A stretch of DNA of 64,000 bases, taken from positions 167,793 to 231,792 of the forward strand of contig JACQJR010000001.1 of the NCBI GenBank assembly GCA_016204995.1. Direction: 5' to 3'. Source of the DNA: Candidatus Microgenomates bacterium (GTDB lineage Bacteria; Patescibacteriota; Microgenomatia; UBA8517; JACQJR01). Shown here one piece after another: positions 51,174 to 60,945 of the stretch. The first letter of the stretch is position 1, and every line of letters begins with the position of its first letter. The translations under genes and the position numbers were made by a program. The notes beneath the pieces were generated by a model that ran no database searches, was not told the DNA's origin, and saw only the letters and a program-made list of their open reading frames with translations.

Positions 51174-53162
51174 TTACTGTAAAATATAAATCTCTATTTG
51201 GGAATTATTTGAAAAACAAGAATTATTTTCCGAGGTAATAACTTTAATAAAGCGCAATTCTTTGCCAGATAAATAGAAGTTAACACTATTTTTACCTAAG
51301 TCGTATTGATAGATAACTTGTTCTGTACCTAAAGGCTCAACCTCTCTATACCATGATTGACCATCAAGCGAAGTCTCCACATAACCATTTTTGAGACATC
51401 TTGTTATGTCCTGACGATTTAAAACAATCCTGGTTGCTTCCACATTTTTCTTAGCGTCAATCGTTAAAATATTATTTTTCCAGTTTGATCTGATATCTTT
51501 ATCTAAGACTTCATTCCTTCTCATATGGGGTTTGGTATGTTCAAAATCATTTTTCCAGACCTTAGCCAGAGCAATATTGTCTATTTTAACTTCATAGACC
51601 GGATCTAAAAATCTCTCCAGATAATCCCACACCGAAGGATATTGCCTGGCCGCTCCTTGATAAGTTAATTCCATTAAATACTCTCCACCCCTATTGATGC
51701 CTGTCCAATTAGTGCCGGAAAAATCAATATCCGGCCTTAATTGAATTAAAGGCACATTTTGACCTGTCCCCTGGACTAAGGCAAGACGGGCATTTGGGGG
51801 AGCATTTTTATTAATCCATTGGATGGCTTGCCAATAAGCATTACCATAGGAATTTCCGGCTGAAGGGATACCCGCTTGATAAGCACCCTTTAACCCACCA
51901 ACTAAAAAATTAAAATAAACATTTTCGTTAGGATGAATCTTAGTTAAAACTACTAGTTGTGGAATAAAAGCTAATAAAATGATAACTGATATCCAAAAAT
52001 TCAACTTTTTATTTAATAGCTTCCTTATAAACTCCGCTCCTAAACCAGCTAAAAGTGCCATCGCTGGCAAAAATTCCATAATTTGCCTAACGCCACCGTA
52101 AATTACGGTATTTGGCAGACTAACGCGAAAAATAGGTATACCTAACCATAATAACCATAACCAGTTAGTTTTTTCCCTACCGGGCTTGGATATGGCATAT
52201 ATTAAACCCACACCGCTTAGCAACAAAACCCATGGGGGTGTAGTTACTATAATCCAAAAGATGGGGTACAAATTAAATCCTCCAATACGGTATTCGGCCG
52301 GTTGGTAATTGAAACCTAAAGCAATATCTTGGTAGTAATTTAATACTTTACTAATATGATCCCACGTATCTTGCCAAAGAAATGGCCAAGTAATAAAAGG
52401 AATCGCAATTACTATAAAGGGAGATATCACTAGCATCCTCTTGTAACGTAGAGGAATTTTCTTAATGGAATTCAAAATAATCTTCGGTCCCCTTTTAATT
52501 AATTGAAAGTATCTTAAGAATAGATAAGGGATAACGATAAATGGTAAAAAGATAATATTTAATTTTGTCCCCAACGCTAAACCTGCGCCTATACTGGCTA
52601 TTATCAACCATTTCCAATTACCTTTTTCCAAAGATTTCCAGAAAGCGAAAATAGTTAAGGCGAAAAAAGCTGTTTCTGGTGGATCTTTGATATTAAAATG
52701 ACTTTCGGCAAAAAATAAAGGATAAGTAGTAATTACCAAACTGGCTATGATACTGGCAAAAATTCCATGAGTAAGGTAGGCAAAAATTGCCACAATTAAA
52801 ATTACCAAGGTTGAAATAAATAAGTTATATAAATGATAAGCTTGGATATCCCCTGCTAATCCCAATTTTTGATAAAAAATAAAATTAGAAATTGCTGCCA
52901 ACAGATCACTAGTAACTGGATGTCCCCCATCCCAATCGTAAAGGGCTTTAACATCATAACCATTGAAAAAACTTGGCTTTTGAGAAATCGATCGGCCCTT
53001 TTGCTCAATTTGACCAGTTAAGAAGTAGTAAAGATAACCCTGACCTCTTTGAAAATGAATTGGCTCATCCCAATTAATACCATAGTCATTTAAGGTTAAA
53101 ATACCTGCTATTAAAAAAATTACAGGCACTAAAAAAACAAGAATTTTCTGCTTTAGAGTCAT
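51174..53162 (-). CDS. GT-C glycosyltransferase (group B) with C-terminal periplasmic domain
   Basis: DYGINWDEPIHFQRGQ. FAESHFNIKDP. Contains the 112-nt tract identical to 59569..59680. Confidence 0.55.
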   Translation of the reverse strand: MTLKQKILVFLVPVIFLIAGILTLNDYGINWDEPIHFQRGQGYLYYFLTGQIEQKGRSISQKPSFFNGYDVKALYDWDGGHPVTSDLLAAISNFIFYQKLGLAGDIQAYHLYNLFISTLVILIVAIFAYLTHGIFASIIASLVITTYPLFFAESHFNIKDPPETAFFALTIFAFWKSLEKGNWKWLIIASIGAGLALGTKLNIIFLPFIVIPYLFLRYFQLIKRGPKIILNSIKKIPLRYKRMLVISPFIVIAIPFITWPFLWQDTWDHISKVLNYYQDIALGFNYQPAEYRIGGFNLYPIFWIIVTTPPWVLLLSGVGLIYAISKPGREKTNWLWLLWLGIPIFRVSLPNTVIYGGVRQIMEFLPAMALLAGLGAEFIRKLLNKKLNFWISVIILLAFIPQLVVLTKIHPNENVYFNFLVGGLKGAYQAGIPSAGNSYGNAYWQAIQWINKNAPPNARLALVQGTGQNVPLIQLRPDIDFSGTNWTGINRGGEYLMELTYQGAARQYPSVWDYLERFLDPVYEVKIDNIALAKVWKNDFEHTKPHMRRNEVLDKDIRSNWKNNILTIDAKKNVEATRIVLNRQDITRCLKNGYVETSLDGQSWYREVEPLGTEQVIYQYDLGKNSVNFYLSGKELRFIKVITSENNSCFSNNSQIEIYILQ
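51827..51938. repeat. 112-nt tract 100% identical to 59569..59680 (dispersed repeat inside two otherwise diverged GT-C paralogs)
   Basis: Aligned by eye. Both tracts encode IHPNENVYFNFLVGGLKGAYQAGIPSAGNSYGNAYWQ. Confidence 0.8.
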
Positions 53163-53265
53163 GTATTATAAAGCGGTTTCAAAACCTTTCTACAAGCTGC
53201 CGCTAGGCCTCAAAGCAAAGCCGATGGCTGAAGTTTTGAAACAGCTTCTATGTATTCTATCATCT
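53161..53265. repeat. Intergenic palindromic element: 11-nt direct repeats (ATGTATTaTAA / TATGTATTcTA) flanking imperfect inverted repeats GCGGTTTCAAAAC ... GTTTTGAAACAGC; MITE-like or operator-like
   Basis: Read directly from the sequence. Local GC is higher than the surrounding sequence. Confidence 0.3.
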
Positions 53266-53299
53266 AGAGTGTTTTTAAAGAAGAAATTACTACAAAAAT

Positions 53300-53328
53300 T
53301 TGCATATAAAAGGTAGTTTTGCTAGAAT
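53300..53328 (+). promoter_or_regulatory. Putative promoter (-35 TTGCAT, 17-nt spacer, -10 TAGAAT) ending 7 nt before the ATG at 53336
   Basis: Read from the sequence. No Shine-Dalgarno. Confidence 0.35.
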
Positions 53329-53335
53329 TCTCAAT

Positions 53336-54709
53336 ATGTCACTCAATCCTGAAATAGTAAAAAAGGCTATTCAGCCACCAGTTAATTTATTAAAAAGAGT
53401 GGACTTTTTTAATTTATCATTCACCAAACTTATTACTAGAAAGCCAGAAAAAACCTCAGAAGAGTTGGATCAAGCTTTCTATAGTTTAAGCAGATGGCTT
53501 AATAATCAAGAAAATTCTAACTATGCTGCCATTTTAGTTAGAGAAACAGTAGAATTTTTACAGAATAACGAACAGGACATACTTTCTGAAAGTCACAATA
53601 TTATCCATGACGCTGAAGCTATCACTTGTCTATTAGACGATAAAGGACGAGAAATTGAAATAGATAATGCCACTATTTTTATTGCCACCGCCGTTACATT
53701 GTTACATGATCTGGGCCGAACAACTGAAAAGATAGTTATTGATCAGCCACTTGAAAATCAAACACAACTCCACCATGATCAATTAAGCTATAGAGCAGCC
53801 AGAAAAATATTAAAGGAAATTAGTAAAGATTCAGAGTTACCAGAGGATATAAAATCAGCCTTAGAATTATTAATTTTTCATGGACTCCGTCATAGTGGAG
53901 AGTTAAATCAAAAACCTTATATTGGCTTGTCTTATGATCTTGACCGTCGACAACTAACCGGTTCCACTACTGTAGTTCGCGATATCCCCTTTTTTGGTGG
54001 TTGGCAAAATATTAGTTTATCAACCGATGAGATAAAAAACTGGCCTGCTGGCTACCTTTATCCTCACACCTTTTTTCTTCAACAAAGATTTGCTAGTAAT
54101 ATTTTTAGAGATGAACCGTTAAAGGAAAAACATCAACTTGACGAGGTTTATAACAAACTAGCCGTTGAAGGATCAACTATAGTACTTTTAGCCTGTGGAG
54201 ATAATCAAGATGCCAAAGAATTGGCTTTTGACGTTGATTTAGGATTAGTTGATATTCCAGAGACCAGCATAACTGATAAAGGTGGTAGGCGTTGGTGGCC
54301 TAAAAGAAGACTTCCTGCAGGCACTTTAGCTAAATCGGCAGAGGAAGCAAGAAATATTGAAGAACTAATAAATAGCAAACCATTGTCTAAGATAGACTTT
54401 GAATATATTATGGAAAGTTATCTGGAAGCTTATACCACATTTATAGATGAAAATCACCTGTATCAAATAAAAGAAAGCATTAGAGAATTTGACCAAGATG
54501 ATAGGATAAAATGGGCAAGGGTGCTTTTCTACTCTCATCGTAAAAACCAAGAAAGATATGCGCACAGAATTAAAATTTTTTGGCAAGAGAAGAATAGGGG
54601 AAGCTTCTTAGGAAAGATAGCTGAACCCTTCATTGATGTGCTAGCGGCAAAACATCATCAACGCGAGAATTTGGAGAAAGTGTTCAAATCCTATTGGTCA
54701 AACATTTAA
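53336..54709 (+). CDS. HD-domain phosphohydrolase (paralog of the 6159..7727 N-terminal domain)
   Basis: IIHDAEA. LLHDLGR. FHGLRH. YDLDRR. The ORF-track start at 53300 is a TTG; the ATG at 53336 is preferred. Confidence 0.5.
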   Translation: MSLNPEIVKKAIQPPVNLLKRVDFFNLSFTKLITRKPEKTSEELDQAFYSLSRWLNNQENSNYAAILVRETVEFLQNNEQDILSESHNIIHDAEAITCLLDDKGREIEIDNATIFIATAVTLLHDLGRTTEKIVIDQPLENQTQLHHDQLSYRAARKILKEISKDSELPEDIKSALELLIFHGLRHSGELNQKPYIGLSYDLDRRQLTGSTTVVRDIPFFGGWQNISLSTDEIKNWPAGYLYPHTFFLQQRFASNIFRDEPLKEKHQLDEVYNKLAVEGSTIVLLACGDNQDAKELAFDVDLGLVDIPETSITDKGGRRWWPKRRLPAGTLAKSAEEARNIEELINSKPLSKIDFEYIMESYLEAYTTFIDENHLYQIKESIREFDQDDRIKWARVLFYSHRKNQERYAHRIKIFWQEKNRGSFLGKIAEPFIDVLAAKHHQRENLEKVFKSYWSNI

Positions 54710-54715
54710 AATAAT

Positions 54716-55288
54716 TTACAGCTTTTCTTTTATCGACTCGAAAACCTCACGAGAATAAGTGTCAGCAGTCGCCGGGTTAGAAGGATCTAGAAGAGTATTA
54801 GCTATCACCGTTAAACGAGTATCATCTTCCAATGTTTCATAGGTATGAAAAATAAATTGCGGCATCCAAATACCATCACCCCTCTCTAAAATAAAATCTC
54901 TTTTATCTCCTTTTAAATCCTCTAAAATTAACCTTGCCCTGCCATTATTAAACGTAATAATTTCTTTGCGGATACGATGAAATTCTAAGGCTCCAATTGT
55001 ACCTAATATTAAACCAGCTACCTCATAACTTCTAAAACCACGAATGTCGTAGCCAATTCTTTCCACTTCTGATTCCTCATAGTTAAACAAATCTTTTATT
55101 AGCGCCGATATTTCAGCAAAATTATAAGCAAAGAGAACTGATAGTCTGACTTCTGATTTAGTAATAAATGGGCCAAAATTTTCAATTGGTTTATTGTTAG
55201 TTACATAAGAAGATAATATTCTAACTTCCGCTACAGAAGTGAATTGCTCTGGCCTTTCGTTTGGATTGAATATTAATCTTTCTACCAT
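54716..55288 (-). CDS. Cupin-fold sugar 3,4-ketoisomerase-like protein (FdtA/QdtA/WxcM C-terminal-domain-like)
   Basis: RGFRSYEV...NGRARLILEDLKGDKRDFILERGDGIWMPQFIFHTYETLEDDTRLTVIANTLLD aligns with FdtA RGFHAHK...NGSCRVILDDG...GLYVGPAVWHEM...VLASDYYD. Confidence 0.45.
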   Translation of the reverse strand: MVERLIFNPNERPEQFTSVAEVRILSSYVTNNKPIENFGPFITKSEVRLSVLFAYNFAEISALIKDLFNYEESEVERIGYDIRGFRSYEVAGLILGTIGALEFHRIRKEIITFNNGRARLILEDLKGDKRDFILERGDGIWMPQFIFHTYETLEDDTRLTVIANTLLDPSNPATADTYSREVFESIKEKL

Positions 55289-55297
55289 AATTTAAAT

Positions 55298-57769
55298 CTA
55301 GCCTTTAGGAAAGGCTTTAACTAAATTAGCTACCTTTTCAACTTCTTCGTCAGTAATAACGGCATCTAAAGGTAGAGTCACTACCCGAGAAGCTATATAT
55401 TCTGTCACTGGAAGTTTGGCATGATTATATTTGGCAAAAGCTGGTTCTTTATTAAGGGCTAGAAAATGGAAAGAGCAACCAACGCCATTTTCTTTCATAT
55501 ATTCAAAAAACTCATCACGCTTCTTTTCTACTAATATCGGATAAAGATGAGTCCCTTTATTATTAAATCCTAATAATTCATTATAAAGAGCTACTACTTC
55601 CTTTCGTCTTTGCTCAAATTGATCAAGGCGAGCCAGCTGCACCCTACCTAAGGCTGAATTAATATCAGTGGTATTAAATTTATAACCAGGAAATTCCACT
55701 TCATAGACCCATTTTGATTTAAGTTGATACCTTTTCCAGGCATCACGCGACAGACCATGCAACCGGGCCTTCCTTAACCAATCGGCCACTTTCTCATCAT
55801 TGGTAGTAATCATCCCGCCCTCACCCGTAGTCATATTTTTGGTAGCGTAAAAAGAGTAACAACGGGTAAAAGAATTAGTATTGTCGCCATTTTTAGGAAT
55901 CAAATGAGCACTATCTTCAATAATTGGCAGATCTGTTTCTATTATTGCCCGATTCCCCCCATAGTGGACTGGCATTACTGCTTTCGTTTTTTGGGTGATA
56001 ACTTTTTCCAATGATTTTTGATCCATACAAAAATTTTCTTTGTTAATATCAGCAAAAACTGGTGTGGCTCCAGCATGAACAATTACAGAAACTGTCGCAG
56101 GGAAAGTAAAGGCCGGTACAATCACCTCATCTCCTGTCTTAATACCTAAAGCCTTGAGGGAAAGAAAAAGAGCTGCCGTACAACTATTAACTGCGATGGC
56201 ATATTTTGCCCCAACGTAACTTGCAAATTCCTCTTCAAACTTAACTGTTTCTTCTCCCATCGTCAACCAACCACTTTGTAAAATTTGTGCCACCGCATTT
56301 ACCTCCATCCGCTTAATATTGGTACGAGAGAAAGGAATTACACCATTACTGGAATTATGATTTGTTAAATTGGGAACAAACTTATTTAAAGTCATTAGAG
56401 CTAATTCTATATTATTACTCTCTACTGCCTTTCTTAAATCAGCTAAATCATAAAGATCAATATTGGCCGCATGCTGACTAACCCGAAAAATTCTACCATG
56501 ACCAGTTTTCTCTAGATATTCATCTTCTGCGATTAATTGTTCAGTAATTTTTTCACCCGGCCGTCGCCCTATGTATTTAACTTGAATCTCTTCTCCAGGA
56601 ACAAATCCAGCTAGTTGAATCATAAATTTGGCCAAGTCATCGATTCTAAATTGCTCACCCATGTCTAGCACAAAAATCTCTCCACCGCGACCGATGACGC
56701 TGGTATGAAGCACTAATTGCACTGCTTCTGGGATAGTCATCATAAACCTGGTCATTCTAGTATCAGTTACCGTAACAGGACCGCCACTGGCAATCTGTTT
56801 TCTAAAGATTGGCATAACACTACCATGACTATCCATCACATTACCAAATCTGACAGCGCAATATTTAGTCCTACCTAGATCATTAAGACTGGCTAAAATA
56901 TGTTCTCCCACGAGCTTTGTCGTTCCCATCACACTTTGAGGGCTGGCCGCCTTGTCAGTAGAAATATAAACAAACTTTTCCACTCCTTCTTCGTAAGCCA
57001 CTTTGGCTAGATTTTCCGTACCAAAAACATTATTGCGAATTGCCTCCAAGGGATGGCTTTCCATTAAAGGTACGTGTTTAAAAGCGGCGGCATGGAAAAT
57101 GACATCAGGCCTGTTCTTCCTTATTACATCCTGTACTTTTCTTCTATCCTGCATGTTACCAACCATGCATTCAAAATTTCCTTCCGATGCTAGTTCTGCT
57201 AACTCAAACCCTAACTCAAATAAACCATTTTCCCACCAATCAAAAGCGATTAATTTTTTAGGAGAAAATTGAATAAGCTGACGACAAATTTCTGAGCCGA
57301 TTGAGCCAGCTGCTCCTACTACTATCAGAGTTTTATCTTTGAACTCACTCTCAAAAATTGGTTGTTCTTTTTTGACAATAGCCTTACCGAATAAATCTTC
57401 TATTTTTAGTTCACGGAATTGTTCCAGTTTTACCTTTCCTTGAACCATCTCTAGGGTACGAGGAACAATTTTAAAAAATACTCTCGCCCCTCGGCACGCT
57501 TCTAAAATTTTTCTGATGGTACTTCCTTCAGCGGAGGGAATCGCTATTAAAATTCCGTCTACAGAATATTTTTTAATCAATAGTAGTAATTCATCAATTT
57601 TACCTAAAATTTTAACGCCTTTGATGTCTTTGCCGATTTTGGTTTTATCATCATCAATAAAACCAACAACTTGATATTGTTTTTTAAAATGAAGACGTAG
57701 CTCGTTTAATAATTCTTCTCCGGCTACACCAGCTCCAACTATTAATACTTTTTGAGAATTTTTATTCAT
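55298..57769 (-). CDS. Bifunctional fusion: PglF/CapD/WbpM-like UDP-sugar 4,6-dehydratase (soluble, two Rossmann domains) plus C-terminal DegT-family aminotransferase (PglE-like)
   Basis: N-terminal LIVGAGVAGEEL...GFIDDD linker domain and LIVVGAAGSIGSEI...HAAAFKHVPLME...STDKAASPQSVMGTTK catalytic SDR domain. C-terminal ILQSGWLTMGEETVKFEEEF...AVNSCTAALFLSL DegT domain. The ORF is continuous. Confidence 0.7.
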   Translation of the reverse strand: MNKNSQKVLIVGAGVAGEELLNELRLHFKKQYQVVGFIDDDKTKIGKDIKGVKILGKIDELLLLIKKYSVDGILIAIPSAEGSTIRKILEACRGARVFFKIVPRTLEMVQGKVKLEQFRELKIEDLFGKAIVKKEQPIFESEFKDKTLIVVGAAGSIGSEICRQLIQFSPKKLIAFDWWENGLFELGFELAELASEGNFECMVGNMQDRRKVQDVIRKNRPDVIFHAAAFKHVPLMESHPLEAIRNNVFGTENLAKVAYEEGVEKFVYISTDKAASPQSVMGTTKLVGEHILASLNDLGRTKYCAVRFGNVMDSHGSVMPIFRKQIASGGPVTVTDTRMTRFMMTIPEAVQLVLHTSVIGRGGEIFVLDMGEQFRIDDLAKFMIQLAGFVPGEEIQVKYIGRRPGEKITEQLIAEDEYLEKTGHGRIFRVSQHAANIDLYDLADLRKAVESNNIELALMTLNKFVPNLTNHNSSNGVIPFSRTNIKRMEVNAVAQILQSGWLTMGEETVKFEEEFASYVGAKYAIAVNSCTAALFLSLKALGIKTGDEVIVPAFTFPATVSVIVHAGATPVFADINKENFCMDQKSLEKVITQKTKAVMPVHYGGNRAIIETDLPIIEDSAHLIPKNGDNTNSFTRCYSFYATKNMTTGEGGMITTNDEKVADWLRKARLHGLSRDAWKRYQLKSKWVYEVEFPGYKFNTTDINSALGRVQLARLDQFEQRRKEVVALYNELLGFNNKGTHLYPILVEKKRDEFFEYMKENGVGCSFHFLALNKEPAFAKYNHAKLPVTEYIASRVVTLPLDAVITDEEVEKVANLVKAFPKG

Positions 57770-58910
57770 GTATTATTTGCAAAAAACTTCTAACCGATTT
57801 TTCAATACTAAAAAGTTCGGCAACTTTTTTAGTATTTCTAGTAAAACTTACTCTTTGTGATTTTTTACTCGGCAAGGTAGCTAATATTTGAGCTAACTGT
57901 TCTACGCTTTCTGATTTGAAATTTAAACCAATATGATATTTCTGAACCAAGTATTTTAGATCTGGCAAGCTGGCAACAATTAGTGGGGTACCATTTTTCA
58001 TGCTTTCGGAAAAAACCAAAGGAATACTATCACTTCTGGAGGGAATTATCAACCAATCTGACATTGCTAAAACCTGGGCAATTTTAGTTTTATCATTAAC
58101 GTTACCATAAAATTTAATAAAATTAAAAATACCTTCTGTTTGGGCTTTTTCTTTAAGACCCTTCAAAAGAGAACCATCTCCTAACATGTGAATTTCAAAT
58201 TTATTAATCTGGTCCTTAATCTTGATTAGAGCATCCAAAAAAATATCTGGTCCTTTAACCAATTCCATTCTACCAATAAATGATAAAGTTATTTTGTTTT
58301 TATTCTTAGTAATTGAAGTAGCTGGTTTACTAACAAACTGACTGGCTGATGGCAAAAATAAGCATTTTTTACCTGAAATAATCCTTACTTTATTAGCTAA
58401 ATCAATACCATCAGCCAATAAATAATCTGCTTCTCTAAGAGTTTGCTTAATTAAATATCCAACAATCGGAAACCTAGCGTAAACATAAACATCTGACCCC
58501 AATACCCAAATAGCATAAGGAATGCCAAACTTTTTTTTAACAAAGTAAGCAAATAATCCGGCAGGAAAAGCCCACATTGCCAAATTAATGTTAGGCTTTG
58601 TTTCTTCCATAATTTGGTTGGTTCTTTGTAAACCCTTAATAAAAAATAAAATTAGGTCATAAATCATAAAGGGATGCCAAATTTTTAATTGACCTAATTT
58701 TTTATTTACTCCCCAACCAAACCAATAAACAGGCACCTTTTGAATTTTCAATTTACTATCTCTCTTGCCAGGACAAACTACAAAAACATTTTGTTTTTCT
58801 TTAATTAACTCACCAGCAAAATCGTGGACGAATATGCCTGCATTTTGCCTATCGGTGGAGGAAGAGGGGTAGTTATGAGAAATAATACCTATTTTTAATT
58901 GCTGCTTCAT
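57762..58910 (-). CDS. GT4-like (GT-B) glycosyltransferase
   Basis: LSFIGRMELVKG...MLGDGS...LIIPSRSDSIPLVFSESMKNGTPLI (EX7E-like). Start at MKQQLK with an ATGA overlap. The ORF-track start was 58961. Confidence 0.65.
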   Translation of the reverse strand: MKQQLKIGIISHNYPSSSTDRQNAGIFVHDFAGELIKEKQNVFVVCPGKRDSKLKIQKVPVYWFGWGVNKKLGQLKIWHPFMIYDLILFFIKGLQRTNQIMEETKPNINLAMWAFPAGLFAYFVKKKFGIPYAIWVLGSDVYVYARFPIVGYLIKQTLREADYLLADGIDLANKVRIISGKKCLFLPSASQFVSKPATSITKNKNKITLSFIGRMELVKGPDIFLDALIKIKDQINKFEIHMLGDGSLLKGLKEKAQTEGIFNFIKFYGNVNDKTKIAQVLAMSDWLIIPSRSDSIPLVFSESMKNGTPLIVASLPDLKYLVQKYHIGLNFKSESVEQLAQILATLPSKKSQRVSFTRNTKKVAELFSIEKSVRSFLQIIHE

Positions 58911-58912
58911 TA

Positions 58913-60937
58913 TCAATCTTTTAGAATAGATAATTCTATAGCAGGATCGTGTAGAAGACAAGATTGGGCGTCTTTGGCTATAATTTTTATATATTTAGCA
59001 GGTCTGGCTGAAAAATAATAATAAATAGTATTGTCCTTTTTTGTAAGTTCACTTACTTGCTCTGTTGGAATAGGCTCTATTTCTTGACTAAATTTAATAC
59101 CATCAACTGAAGTCCAAATGTCACCATTATTTCCTTGGCAACCAATACCAATATATCCTAAAGTTAATCTCGTTAACAAAACTGGTTTTTCTAACTTAAA
59201 AATAATTTCACTATCAATTATTTTTTGACTAATTAGACCCTTGTACAACACTTCAGGTTTTCGATATTCCAGTTTGGTATGTTCTAAATCATTTTTCCAT
59301 ACCCTGGCAATTGCCATATCATCAACTTTAACTTCATAAACCGGTTCAAGTAATGTGTCTACATAATCCCAAGCATAAGGGAATAGTTTTAAAATTTTAG
59401 CAGGCGTAAGTTCTATTAAATATTCTCCCTCCCTATTAATACCAGTCCAATAACTATTTGAAAAATCTAAATCTGTTCTTAATTCGCTAGTTGCGATATT
59501 AAGACTTGTTCCCTGTATTAAAGCAATTCTAGAGTTCTGTTCAGCGTGCTTATTGAGCCATTGGATAACTTGCCAATAAGCATTACCATAGGAATTTCCG
59601 GCTGAAGGGATACCCGCTTGATAAGCACCCTTTAACCCACCAACTAAAAAATTAAAATAAACATTTTCGTTAGGATGAATTTTATAAAGAGGATATATAC
59701 TAATTAATAATAAACTTGCCACGAATAGACAATTTATTAAGATAGAATATCTAGGCAAAAATTTAATAAAATGATGACGCAACCAATCCGCACCTACCCC
59801 ACTTATTAGAGCCATAGCGGGGATATATTCCATAATTTGCCTAACCCCCCCATAAATAGAAGTATTAGGAAAGCTAACCCGACCTACTGTAACAATAAAA
59901 ATCAAAAACCATAACACAAAAACATAATTATTTTTATACCAATTATTTCTCCAATTAATTAATCCTGCTAGAAAACAAATTAGAATTAAAGGTGGTGTCG
60001 TGTACAAAATCCAACGGGCAGCATAAAAATTCCAAGCCGTGAGAGGATTAAAATCGAATGAAGATTCTGTACCTAATTCCTTGTAATAGCTAAAAACTAA
60101 AACTAAATTCCCAAAAATATCTTGCCAAAGAAAAGGCCAAATAGCTATCAAAATAGTTAGCATAATAAGAGGAAAGATTAATAATATTAAAAGTACATTT
60201 TTTTGAAAAAGGAAACTGACAAATTTCTTTTTTTCTTTAATTAGAAGCAATAACGCCCAAGGCGTAACAATAAATGGCGAAAATAAAATATTAAATTTTA
60301 CACTAAAAGCTAAACCAGCAGCGATAGCTGCAAACAAGATGTATTTAATTTTTTGTTTGTTAAAGATTTTCCATAATAGATAAAGTGTTAATACAAAAAA
60401 GAATGATTGAGCAGGATCCTTAATATTAAAATGACTCTCGGACCAAAAAAGCGGATAGCTACCCATAAAAATAGCTGAAAATATCCCGGGCCCTAAACCA
60501 AAAGTTTCTATAGCGAATAAAAAAACTAATCCCACTAAAAGGCTGCTAATAAAAATATTAAAAAGGTGATAACTAGCTATATCACCCGCTATTCCTAGTT
60601 TTTGATAGAAAATATAATTAAATAAGGCTGATAAAATATCATTTAGGGGAGGATGACCTTTGTCATCAACAAACCATGTTTGTGCACCATATGCATCATG
60701 CTGATAATAGCTTCTAGAGTGGTAATTTGGATCAGATCGGGCTTTGTCTAGTTGGTAAGGAGGTAAACCTTCATAAGTTGCTTTACCAGTTAAAAATAAT
60801 CTTAAATAACCTTGGCCTCTTAGAAAGTGCTCGGGTTCATCCCAAGACAAACCATAATGGCTATTAGTCAAAATGCCGTCAATTAAAAAAATTAGCGCAA
60901 CTAGTAGAGATAAAAAGAGATTTTTCTTCAGATGCAA
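58913..60937 (-). CDS. GT-C glycosyltransferase (group B) with C-terminal periplasmic domain
   Basis: HYGLSWDEPEHFLRGQ. WSESHFNIKDP. Contains the 112-nt tract identical to 51827..51938. Confidence 0.55.
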   Translation of the reverse strand: MHLKKNLFLSLLVALIFLIDGILTNSHYGLSWDEPEHFLRGQGYLRLFLTGKATYEGLPPYQLDKARSDPNYHSRSYYQHDAYGAQTWFVDDKGHPPLNDILSALFNYIFYQKLGIAGDIASYHLFNIFISSLLVGLVFLFAIETFGLGPGIFSAIFMGSYPLFWSESHFNIKDPAQSFFFVLTLYLLWKIFNKQKIKYILFAAIAAGLAFSVKFNILFSPFIVTPWALLLLIKEKKKFVSFLFQKNVLLILLIFPLIMLTILIAIWPFLWQDIFGNLVLVFSYYKELGTESSFDFNPLTAWNFYAARWILYTTPPLILICFLAGLINWRNNWYKNNYVFVLWFLIFIVTVGRVSFPNTSIYGGVRQIMEYIPAMALISGVGADWLRHHFIKFLPRYSILINCLFVASLLLISIYPLYKIHPNENVYFNFLVGGLKGAYQAGIPSAGNSYGNAYWQVIQWLNKHAEQNSRIALIQGTSLNIATSELRTDLDFSNSYWTGINREGEYLIELTPAKILKLFPYAWDYVDTLLEPVYEVKVDDMAIARVWKNDLEHTKLEYRKPEVLYKGLISQKIIDSEIIFKLEKPVLLTRLTLGYIGIGCQGNNGDIWTSVDGIKFSQEIEPIPTEQVSELTKKDNTIYYYFSARPAKYIKIIAKDAQSCLLHDPAIELSILKD
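59569..59680. repeat. Second copy of the 112-nt identical tract (see 51827..51938)
   Basis: Aligned by eye. Confidence 0.8.
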
Positions 60938-60945
60938 TAATTATA

